From: Botryllus schlosseri
Lineage: Eukaryota
Assembly (NCBI GenBank): GCA_051294905.1
Contig: CM119384.1
Location: 12,400,001 to 12,464,000 of the forward strand
Direction of reading: 5' to 3'
Length of the DNA: 64,000 bases
Shown here: in pieces, positions 1 to 10,908 of the stretch
Layout of the letters: every line of letters starts with the position of its first letter
Position numbering within the stretch: the first letter of the stretch is position 1
Made by a program: the position numbers and the translations under genes
The notes under the pieces: model-generated
What the model was told of the DNA's origin: nothing
Database searches by the model: none
The model's input: only the letters and a program-made list of their open reading frames with translations

Positions 1-131
1 GTCAATATCAAAAGCGACGTTATGAAATGCAAAATTACAGAAAAGAAAACATGATACACCACTTGTTGGTATTGTAAAGCTTATCAACTCGAATTGCACT
101 CGGAACAAACAGTTGAATAGAAGCTCCCCAC

Positions 132-302
132 CTTGAGTTTGGTTATCATGTTCTTCTCGGAATCGTCGGAGATACTTTTGTTCCCCAGCAACCTCCTCGC
201 CAGATGCTGTTTGTAATACCGTTCGAAAACATCCTTCTCTTGCAGAAACCGGAAGAGGACCATTGTCTTATCCAGAACCACTTCCACCTCCTGCTCTGAC
301 AT
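132..302 (-). CDS. CUL3: CUL3 exon 10 (equivalent of the 171-nt human exon 9)
   Basis: [57 protein letters not shown], donor GTGGGG. Confidence 0.95.
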
Positions 303-3300
303 CTATCAAAACACAAGAACACGACATTACACGTCGTCGGTAGCTAGGATTTCACAACGTTTGCGAGTACAGATGTTCAACAGGTGCTTCGGTCCAAAAT
401 GACTAAATTTAAGCTCAGGCTGCATCTTATCTCAATTGTTGTACATTGTACATTAGGGCTCTTCAAAAATGACTTTTTTTCTCAAATCGTACTGGCTACT
501 TGATAAAATTGTTAGGTTACATAATTTAAGCCTACACACAAAATTTGGTTCAATTCCAGCCAGTAACCGCTTTGCTACAGGAGAAGAAAGTTTCCATTTT
601 CTAAATAAAAATAAATGATAAAAAAATTTGAAAATTTTCTGTTCACCCCATGAAAGTGTTAAGCTGTCTATAGAAACGATGTACACCAAATTTGATTCAA
701 TTCCAACCAGTGGAAGCGGAGTTATTGCCGTCGAAAAATTTTGATTTGAATAAAATAGTATAGTGAGCACAACTATAATAAATAAACAAAGAATCAGTCA
801 CCGTAAATACTATTTTATTCAAATCCAAATTTTTCGACGGCAATAACTCTGCTTCCACTGGTTGGAATTGAACCAAATTTTGTGTGTAGGCTTAAATTAG
901 GTAACCTAACAATTTTATCAAGTAGCCCGTAGGATTTGAGAAAAAAAGTCATTTTTGAAGAGCCCTATTGTACATTCACTTTCACTGCCTTGGCTTGTAT
1001 TCAAAAATTTGATACTTTTGGTCAGCGTATTCGTTGATCGAATGAACACAACTATTAACTTATCAAATATCACTTCAAATAAATCAGAGTTTTAACAAGT
1101 GGAAATGTTAGAGGCGTATAGCTGCACAGTAGATCGACTTCCTGCACGGGCAGACCGAAACAAAAAAATTTGTAGCTAACAATCTTGTAATATTTATCGT
1201 TGCATGTTACTACTCAGTTACATGTTGATCCAGATAGATGAAGCCAAGACTCGATCTACGGCTTATCATTGTGCCATATGTCCAGTGATAGACAGCAATA
1301 GCAGGATAAAAAATTATTGGGTGATAAGTGCGATACAATGGACATCAAACGATAAAGTAATGTCTTATCAAACATTAGCTGAGAATAGTAAACAAACCTT
1401 TGCAAATCAATGCTTTATAAAATACGATAGTGTGATTTGTCGTGATTGCATTTGTGTCAAGTCTAGTAATTACCGTCAAGTAATTACCACAAAAATAATT
1501 ATCATTGAAATGGTTTGTTAAAATTGAGTTTAAGCTTCCACAAGTTATTTATAAACACCAGCGAAAGCAGATGCACACAATAGCAATTGGAAACAACACC
1601 AGTCAACATCAGTCATCAAAAATAGTCTCATTATTGTCATCGAATAGCCTATACAGTCGAGCTGTCATGCGTCAGCTCATTGCCTATGGTGGATACATTT
1701 CAAAACAACCTAAATCGAAGTTGATAGAAAAGCCCACAGAGACCGAGCCCATACACTTTCGCCTATGTAACATGATAGTTTGATTCAATCATCATATGGT
1801 CTTTTGTGTTTATATTATGAGAGCATGGCGTCATATGCCAGATATATGACTCAGTATTTTTATAGGTGAAATGTTGTGGTATCAAATGTAAACAGAATCT
1901 TTGTGCATTGGTATCCACATCAAAATCAGTGACCAAGCCCAGCCGAACCCTAGCAACCCTATACGCCAATTCTGGGTTGGCCTAGATATTACCACCGAAA
2001 TTAGAACATGAACAAACATCAGGGCCAAGAGCAGCATTACCAAATTCAAGCAGCCGTTAAGACATATTCCTGATTGATTTGACCCATATGACTATGTACT
2101 GTATGTAGTCATCGTCTGTTCAGAGAAAAGACGGATACATTGGGTTATAGTGATAGCTTTACCTTTCTGTGTTAGGAAGGCACCATCCATAATTTGCCCG
2201 AAGCAATTTCTCGACAACTGCATTTCAAGTTTTACCCAAGTCAAGTTACATCGACTACGAATTTTTTATCCCAAAAATTGCCAACGACTTACGATTATTA
2301 CATCGTAGCCTAATTCTGAATTGTGTTTTGGCACTTTTCATAGCTGATTGCCATGGTGATGAAAAACAGGATCACAAATTTCAAAATTTAACCACTCTGA
2401 TGACAGCGTCACAACATTCCAGTAACCGAGTAGAAATCGTCAAGCGTCCTACCCCTTTGAGTCCCTTTTTGAGCTTGTCGTCGACGAACAGCGAAAGATA
2501 TTCGGGAGACTTTGGATTCTGATTGATAAACCATTCGAAATCGGAGCAGATCATTTTCTTGAAAAGTGGCGAAGTCTTGAACGATTCTTGGTGGAACATG
2601 TCGAAGCGGTCTTTCAGGTCGAGGAGGTTCTGGAAAATCGTGTGCCGTCAATGTCTGGCGGATTCTCGGGCACAGGATATAAAAATTTTGGGGGTGCAGA
2701 TGAAAAATGTTTATTGGCACGGAAAACCACTGAAAATAAGAAAAAACTTCCGGACACAGCAAACAATTTTTTTTGTCATAGAAAACCGAATTTTTTGGGA
2801 GACACAGGCACAGATAGCATCACATCGCATCACAGAAAACAATGTTCTTCCAGTTACAGAAGCAAATTTATTATGGCATTAGAAAAAATATTTCGAGGGC
2901 AGAGAAAACAATTTTTCGCCATAGAACACTGAATTTTTCGGAGGGCACAAAAAACAATTTTTCAACCGATACAGCCCTGACAAGAAATTTACCTGAATAA
3001 ATTCCACGGCAGACTTTCCCTCTTCGTCGGATATCATGCCTTTACCCTGCTCCCGCAGATACTTGCTGACGCAGTCCCTCAGCGTCTCCGGGCCCATTTT
3101 TACGCGCTCAAACAGTTGAAACATGCATTGTAAATCTGCGAACATAACATCGGACGTCAACGAATGCCACATAGCAGACCTCGGTTTGACTTAGTAATGG
3201 AAAGCTATTCACCCTCTTTCTTTTCCTGCATGAGCATTTGTACGACGCCGGAATTCTCCATGTCGACGATCGTCTTCATGTGCTTCTCTATGAGTTCGGT

Positions 3301-6300
3301 TTGGAGCACTGCAAAAGATCACCAACACTGGTAATGCGCAGACAATATCAAAGTAATTAACGTTGCTTCTCAAAGTAGAATCAATGCCGTAAACTTCTCA
3401 ATAACAAATAGATGTAGCAATTTCAAAGACCACTTCAAACGGGAGTAAAAATAAAATAAGACTAAGGGACTCCTGTTGTTGTGGTATTCATGGTGTTTGT
3501 CGAGTACTAAGGTCATTTACACCAAACCAATTTTCTTCATTTTGATTCCATAGCTGGCGACTTGTAGCACGGCCCACTTATAGGCTTTTATAAGACACCG
3601 CTCACACAGATGAGATGGAGAGGAGGAGCCTACTACTACTACTTGAGTAGTTTCAAAAAAATTGATTTGGCCGAGAGCAGGGTTGCAACCAAGTCACAAG
3701 TCAATCTCTCTTTTATAGTTTTGACTCGAATCAAGTCGAGTCATTTTTAGTTCATCACCAAGTCAAGTCCGAGTCCAAGTCAGTGAGCAGAGGGTCGAGA
3801 CCGAGTCATGGTATTACGAGTCGAGTCCAAGTCATTGCGTTGACTGCTCAGTTTCGAGTTCAGTCTTGTTAAAAACACCTGTGAACCTTAACATTCTGTT
3901 TGGTGATATCGAATGGTTTACATTTAAAATATACTAATTTTCCTCGCTCTCAACAGTTTCTGGTTGAATTTTCAAGTACCAGTACCAATAGGCGAAATAC
4001 CAACATTGTAGATCCTTTACTATTCTTCGAAATTACAATGAAATGTCGTCTTGGGAGTCTGAACTCGAGTCATGAGACTTCGTCCTCGTAGTCGAGTCTC
4101 TATTCTATATTATGATAATCTCACACACAAAATTGATGCAAATTATCCCAAATTGACTTCCAACTTACAAAATCTTAAAGGCAAAAAGTAAGTAGTTTTG
4201 ACTAGAACTCTGATAAAGTAGTAAAATCAACCAGTTAAGTACTGAAAGTAGGCAAAACCAACTGGAGTACTCCAAAATATCAGTACTTCATTGCTAACCA
4301 CCTCTGGACTAGTGATAGCATAGATTACAAGCCAAAACGATACAAGCATCGGTAGCTTATGGTAGCTTTTAAAACCCTAATTCAATCAAGACGAAACCCG
4401 CATATCTCGAGCACAACCGGCCGGTAACACTAATCCGTCAATTTTCAAATTCCACATCGATAGGAATATTTTTCAAGTTTTGCACCGTCATGCATCACAC
4501 AATATATTACGGCAGATATTTTATGTCGATTTGAGAATCGCGTTGTCGTAACAGCAAATAAGGAAATTATGGAGCACGTGGTCACGCCTCTGACTTCCAA
4601 CAAACCGGCATTGATTAACGCCTGGTTTATTACAAATATACAACTGCCGGCTTCGTTTCAGACCTGGTATCCTTTCAAATCATTTCTAAAGTCATAGTCA
4701 GTGCAAATTCCAAAAGGAACCTTCGATTATTTAATGGCAAAGTTGCTTAATTCGCACTCATTCATGGCTGCAATCGCCACAATATTGTCATTCAATGGCA
4801 GAGCTGCTTAATTTTGACAGAGTTCCAAGCCAGTATCAAAGCTGACTATGATACTTTCAAAATCCCTAAGTAAGCAACTTCTGTACCATACCGGTTGAAT
4901 GAAATTCAGAGGTGTGGCCATGTGTGCCACGATTACCTTGATTGCATGACCAGATGAATAATAAACAAAATCGATGTTAGAGGGCAAAATCTACACATAC
5001 AAGGATATGCAACAAAGAAATCATATTTTATGCTTCAGTAAAACATTAAAATCTGTTCAAACACGTAATCATACATAGGGTTAGCGATTTCACGGCCAAA
5101 TTGTTACTATCTAGCCATATTTTCGGATGGTTGGCTGCGAAAAATGCCAAATTATATTTTGATGTGAAAATGGAGATTTTATGGCAAAATAATATAGAGC
5201 TCACACACCGAATGGCACCTAACTACTTTCCAACTGTTACTTCGAATGCAGTCATGATTCATTATAGTCAACGAAGTCTATATGAATGCACCAATGCTTA
5301 ATTCACCATCCCATGACATTCAAAGTTTAAAATTACTACTTCTAAAAATACCTAAGGTTAATCGAGAGATAAGACAATGAAAGCACAATTTCCCTCGTGA
5401 TATCACTGAAAGGCTACAATTTGGTTATAGAAATTGGCATGACTGGCCGCCAATTCGCTTCTATACCTTTGACAATTTCCTCCTCGGTCGACGGATCGAA
5501 ATAATGCCTCGCTCGTTCGCCCTCTTCGTGGATGCGCGCCTCCACTTTTTTTATGTACACCGACGCGCTATTTTCCGCCAGAAAATTTTGGCTCTCCATC
5601 TAGGATAGAAGAGACAGCTCACAACCCAAAAGGCAACGGGAAAGAGAGTTTACTACTGAAGAGAGCCAGAGGTGGTGACTGCATGTGTGGCTAGCAACTT
5701 CAGTAGAAGTAGAAGTAACATCATGAATTGATACTAAATACAATTAGAAGTGGTGATTTCCAAGAAAGTATAAAAACAAGTATTCTAGGCCTGCGTTTGC
5801 CTAAAAAAACTTGAAATTGTCTAGTAGAAGTGAAGTACCGGTAGTCTAAAAACAACCAATAGAGTGAGTAGTAGAAGGCAAAACCTACTCAAATACTCAA
5901 AAACGTGGTAGCAGGGTATTGGTTACTGGCCAACTCTTTGAGGCGAGCACCGTCCTCTCATTCAGCAAAATGGAATTGTCACACTGTGTTCAAAAAATCA
6001 CCTGATAAAATTCCGCCGACTTCTTTAAAAAGTCTTTTTCAAATTCCTCGACGTACACCTCCCTGCCCAAAGTCACCAGCATCATACAGGCGTTCCGAAC
6101 GGCACCCCTACAATAAAAGGCGTTGCGTTTTCGTTCACACCGACCGATATTCGGCCTCTCAACCACCTACCTATCGACAACTTCGCCTCGTCTTTCGCGC
6201 GCGACCTTATCGAGTAAAACTTCCTTCAAGTGTTCGCGAATGGAAGACTCCCGAACCACTTTGTCGCGGAATATGTTCAGACCAAGGGTGTAGACGCTGT

Positions 6301-9141
6301 CGACGTTGTTTTGCGAGACGTAGACACGGTCCTAGCAACCAGAAAAAAAGATTGACACAAGTACTCAAATGAAAGAAAGAGATTGCCGCTTACCATATAC
6401 ATCAAAATGTCTCTTATCATAACCATGGACGTCTGATGATCGTTCCACGCCGTGTTTAGAGTCGGTAGAAAATAATTATTCAACGAATCCAAGACATCTT
6501 GGCGTACCTTGAAGGGGCAGATAAATTATTAAAGGCAGCGCGAAAGCTTCCGAGTCAAGTACCATAATTCGAAAATAACATGTATCAAGCTTGCATATAT
6601 TTGAAACTGCCCAGCACGACTGCTACAGAGTCTTTTGATTTGAAAAAACAATACATCAGGGACTGTACTATTTTAACCTCCATCTAATTTCGTAACTTGG
6701 TTTTACTATACTCCCAAGCGAGCAATGGTTTAATAGTATTGGATTTAAAGAATATTTACAGAGTTGAACAGAGATTGAATGTGTCTTCTCAGTTACAAAA
6801 ATATTACTCCCCTTAAGAAATGGCAGTAAAGTGATATGGAAGCTATGTCCTGTGGTAGAATGAATTTTACAGTTATATACATCCTGGTGGAGGGGTGGAT
6901 ATCTATCATGTCCCTTCAAACTTTTCGTTACCGCCTGGCAGTTATGCAGCGTGTTATTAAATAATCATATATTCAGTTAGAAGTTGATTTGGGGAGGGAG
7001 GCAATTTGGACTGGTTGTGAAGCACTGCATACTAGTCAATCACTCACAGAATTGGTGATATGTGCAGTTCAATCATGGCAGTTGAGGAAATAATAGAATT
7101 TATCCTTTGTAACCAGTCCCAAGATGCTATAAAATTGCTGTAAGGTGTCATTCAAAATGATATGTCATATCTCTTTGTTGATGTTCTATTTCGGGAGAAT
7201 TCAGGGGATTTTTGATAATTTTCCAGTGAAAATTCTGAACCCTTAAAAAACATATATAATAGCTCCGCCGATGGACACAGCTGCATATTTCAGCAACATG
7301 AGATGTTAAATCCATTTCATCTGGAAACCACTCTCCACTTGAAAATTTTCGGATAATCAGCACGTGCTAAAACTGATGTAAGCAAAACAGAATCCACGCA
7401 AGTACGAACGTGGTAATCTTCTATCTCTCACATCATAGTAATCGATACTCACTTTGTTGACAAGATGCTCCGTAACTACATCTCTAAGTCCGTTGTACAA
7501 TTTTTCGCCGTGCTTATGCAAGACCATGGTGTAGGCGTTGCGATACAACTCTTCAAAGCTGAGGCCACTGTTGTTCTTCTTCTGGATTTCTTGGATGGCA
7601 TTCTTCAGAAGATCCCAAATTGTGGTCACGTACTTCTCATCCATTGTCATCTGTCGAAATATTAGACGTTGTATTACAGAATGTATCAAGGTAGGAATCA
7701 TAAAAACAATCTCACTGCTTCAACCTTAGAATGGCTCGCTGAGTTGCAAATCCATAAAGAAATCATTCTTAATAACAATGATCAGACACAAAAATAAGTG
7801 TAACAAGTCACAAATCCTGGTGCTATCGATGTCAATTTTGAAATTCTAGTATGAATTAGGTATCTGGACACAAAATTTCGAATTTGTTTTTCATAGTAGG
7901 CTACCGGTATTTGATTGAACTAATTGAGAACGTGGTAATGTTTTGGGAAAAGCAATCATGTAGCACACTGAATTCCATGCATTATGGGTTGTATTTTACA
8001 GATGAGCTAGTCGAAAAACATGGGACAATCGCAATAAAATGTAGTCGACCAATTGAAGTCGGTGGCGCCTTGCATTACTGATATGACTGTAAACCGTAGG
8101 CCTACTACATGGCGATTTGGACTACATGCAGTATCTGTAATATACAGACCCCACCTTTGGTAAAGTAGTTTTGTTTATATAGCCTACTTATTTTACTCCA
8201 AGTTTTGATTTAATTTTTGTTGAGAGGAAAGTAGTTTTGCGATGCATTTCAATCACTTTTACGAGAGCACAAACTAGCTGACGCCAGATGAGCCTATGGA
8301 TACAGACAGACTAGTTCAAATCTCTCGCTATGAAGAACAAGGTGAATAGTCATTAAAGACAATCGCTCTAGCATCAATGTCCATCGATTAAATATTCAAC
8401 ATTGCAAGGAGTTGAAAATATTAGTTTAATGACTCGACATTATTCATCATCATCATCATCATCATTGGTTTATTTGCAATTTTATCAGTTCAATACACCA
8501 CAAAAATGCGATACAATGAAAAGACAGGAAGATGTCGAAGCGACAAGGAGTAGTCTATGGAATCTGACACCCACCTTGGCCTAGGCGATGTAAAGAGGAG
8601 GCATGCACACTGAATGAAAGTAAGGAAGATAGTATAGAAGAAGAATGCGACAAGAAATAGGGCGGCATGTCATGGGAAGCGAATTTCCCTCATATATTTA
8701 TTCACAACTTTATTATCATATTATATTATTATTACCTGTTTTAGTGATGAAACAGAGAACCACTGCTCTAGACACAATGTTATATTAAGCCTTACCTGGA
8801 AGTTGAAGTTGATAGTGAATGTTGAGGACATTTTGCCTATTGGTATTCAATATCATGTAAAAACTCAAATACTTCAGATTGGGGGTGTTTTTCATAAACT
8901 ACATCTTGGTGGGAATATGCTATCAACTTGAAAAAAGCTTCAAGAAGTAACCCAATAAATTTAAATTGCGTTCGTCATGATAGTGCAACAGGTAGTGTGA
9001 CATCACACAGGGTTCAATGGCAACAACAATTCCTCATTGTAGGCAAGCGACATAACTGGAGTAAGAAGTCATAACAGCACTCACGGGGAAAGCACGGATC
9101 CTCATCTTGGAATCTTTTTTGGTTTGCAGGCGGGAATTCAT
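132..9141 (-). CDS. CUL3: Cullin-3, 5' part (452 codons in 10 exons); gene continues beyond window start
   Basis: Exons 9141-9085, 7650-7453, 6507-6394, 6331-6171, 6107-6002, 5599-5467, 3308-3213, 3135-2993, 2629-2453, 302-132 all have GT-AG boundaries and compatible phases. They splice to [71 protein letters not shown]...[16 protein letters not shown]...[16 protein letters not shown], which matches CUL3 as I recall it. Confidence 0.97.
454..967. mobile_element. hAT-type MITE, 514 bp, long imperfect foldback
   Basis: TIR TAGGGCTCTTCAAAAATGAC...GTCATTTTTGAAGAGCCCTA; exact 8-bp TSD TTGTACAT at 446-453 and 968-975. Confidence 0.9.
2453..2629 (-). CDS. CUL3: CUL3 exon 9
   Basis: [12 protein letters not shown]...[19 protein letters not shown], 177 nt. 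Confidence 0.95.
2993..3135 (-). CDS. CUL3: CUL3 exon 8
   Basis: [12 protein letters not shown]...[23 protein letters not shown]; preceded by a 77-nt intron. Confidence 0.94.
3213..3308 (-). CDS. CUL3: CUL3 exon 7
   Basis: [32 protein letters not shown], 96 nt. Confidence 0.94.
3472..3632 (-). mobile_element. 5'-truncated copy of tRNA-SINE family A
   Basis: Shares GTGGTATTCATGGTGTTTGTCGA..TA..GGTCATTTACACCAA and GGCTTTTT.TAAGACACCGCT with the full copy at 23325-23600. Confidence 0.7.
3678..4100. mobile_element. Truncated hAT MITE (GAGTC/AAGTC-rich family)
   Basis: Starts CAGGGTTGCAACCAAGTCAC and is collinear with the element at 12065-12542; right terminus not found. Confidence 0.7.
5467..5599 (-). 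CDS. CUL3: CUL3 exon 6
   Basis: [44 protein letters not shown], phase-1 donor GTATAG. Confidence 0.94.
6002..6107 (-). CDS. CUL3: CUL3 exon 5
   Basis: [35 protein letters not shown]; preceded by a 63-nt intron. Confidence 0.94.
6171..6331 (-). CDS. CUL3: CUL3 exon 4
   Basis: [26 protein letters not shown]...RERRGEVVD, 161 nt. Confidence 0.95.
6394..6507 (-). CDS. CUL3: CUL3 exon 3
   Basis: [38 protein letters not shown], 114 nt. Confidence 0.95.
7453..7650 (-). CDS. CUL3: CUL3 exon 2
   Basis: MTMDEKY...EHLVNK, 198 nt, cag/GTGAGT boundaries. Confidence 0.96.
8444..8660 (-). mobile_element. 3' end of a LINE/SINE (CR1/L2-like) with AATAAA and (TGA)n tail
   Basis: (TCA)n run at 8444-8465 next to TTTATT; body is repeated in diverged form at ~13900-14060. 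Clade assignment is inference. Confidence 0.55.
9085..9141 (-). CDS. CUL3: CUL3 exon 1 ([19 protein letters not shown])
   Basis: ATG at 9141, [11 protein letters not shown] motif, donor GTGAGT; too short for the ORF track. Confidence 0.92.
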
Positions 9142-9330
9142 AGTGGATGTCCAAAGCAGCAGGCGGCAAACTTTTCAGAGAAATTGGGCGAGGGAACGTG
9201 ACAAAGGCGAACAGTCGCCTGAAGCGGAAGTTAACAATCCTCGCCGATGACAGCCTACTTCGCCTTTAACACCACGTTTATAATGCGACGTCTTCGAATT
9301 CGCAAGCGGTGACACTAGTTCGTTACTGTA
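9142..9330. promoter_or_regulatory. Candidate bidirectional promoter of CUL3 and the divergent plus-strand gene
   Basis: CpG-containing stretch directly upstream of the CUL3 ATG; ETS/GABP-type GCGGAAGT at 9224-9231; genes diverge. Confidence 0.5.
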
Positions 9331-9645
9331 TGCTGAAATTGTATCAAAAGTCTCTATGACGGCGTAACAATTGATCAAGAACTGGAAAGACAAGCAGCCA
9401 GTGTCGTCATCACAGCCTTAGAAAACAGCTTGACAAAAGTGCCAATCCGGAGATGGAGTTATAACATCCGGATATACCGGTAGATTCATAATGCATACTA
9501 AGATCACGAAACAGTGCCAAGGACGTGTAACAAGTAACAACTGCCAATAGACAATAACATAAATTCATTCCTTACAGGGCATCAATAGCTACTGACATCG
9601 ATCATGAATCAAAAATAGAAACGATATGTTCGTGCTGTGATATAT

Positions 9646-9931
9646 TAGGCTTACCATACGTCCTCTTTTTTGAGATTTTGTCCTCTTTTTTTAAAATTTA
9701 GGTCAGAGTCAGAGCAAATTGCGAGTGATATGCAGAAGTGAAGCTCCGGCGGGTATTTCGGAGTGAAAAACGGTGATTTTAGCACTGAGCGAAAAGATGA
9801 TCTTTTTTTTAGTCAACCGATCACTAAGTGGGGAAAATTCACCGGTTTTTGAGAATTCTTCTCCGGTTTTGCAAGTCTGAAATTTCTGGAAAACTTTCCT
9901 CTTTTTAGATTTCCAAAATATGGTAAGCCTA
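9646..9931. mobile_element. hAT MITE, 286 bp
   Basis: TIR TAGGCTTACCATA...TATGGTAAGCCTA; exact TSD TGATATAT at 9638-9645 and 9932-9939; related partial copy at ~21396-21690. Confidence 0.9.
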
Positions 9932-10870
9932 TGATATATATACCATGACAATATCATTGGCTCGAGGGAGGAGCATGATTTTTGGTCCTACCTAAACAAC
10001 AAACGTATCCAAAAGTGCATCAGTTGTTTCGTGTCATAGCCATTTTATTCGCTACAATAAACACGAGCGTAGTACCAAAATCAACTCATGATACTTCATG
10101 TCGACTACTCGTTTATACCCATGATGAATGGACACTGGACAGCTCTCATATTCCAAAGCAGGAGAGTTCTTTTCAATACTGATGCGGAATAAACTCACTC
10201 TCACTCACGCCCTCTCGAACTCTCGCCATTCCACTTCATCAGTTAGGGCGATTTCAGAAGGTCCACAAGCTCAGTCGGTTGGCAGCTTATTTTTAGTTTG
10301 TTTGCTATATTGGCAACATTTCGAAGTCTGTGAGCAAATTTTAGGCGATGCTGGCAAGATAAAGGGCATGCTTGATGTTCACTTTACATGCGAACAACAA
10401 TACTACCATAAATCATTTAGTTATAATGGGTGAATAATCATGTATACTCTCAGTAATTGCAATAACTCCATTTGACTCTATAGCTTTTTGATCATCACAA
10501 TCGTGTGGTGTTTAGATCTGATAAAAGTTTCAATTGAATGAGCATGAACATGTCGAATCCATTGAACTGTGATCTGTATAAACACTGATATAAACCACTG
10601 AACTATACACAGCAATGATGTATATACATTACATTATACATACATTATTGTATACATATCATTGATAAACAGTAAACTCACAAGCACAACACTCATGAGC
10701 CATAGCATTATATCTTGCCCGCTAAGAACAGCAGAGAGCCATCCTTTGTAACCTGGGACGCTTGATTCTGCGTTCATGTGAAGGATGCGAATGCGATACG
10801 TGCGGTAACCTGCAAAGTGCAAGACAAAGGACGAGTTATAAACCTGATGAAGCGTTGACGTTAGGGAGGT

Positions 10871-10908
10871 ATGGGCAAGAAAGGAAAGGTAAAAGGCAAG
10901 AAGAAAAA
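10871..10908 (+). CDS. EF/UBL gene coding exon 1 (MGKKGKVKGKKK)
   Basis: ATG, phase-2 donor GTAACT, followed by a 57-nt intron. Confidence 0.7.

Noticed and set aside
4330-4950. Possible decayed LINE endonuclease fragment on the minus strand
   Set aside because: Only vague similarity with multiple stops; not supportable without BLASTx.
5905-6372. 155-aa plus-strand ORF, and 2523-2932 and 7465-7729
   Set aside because: Antisense to CUL3 exons.
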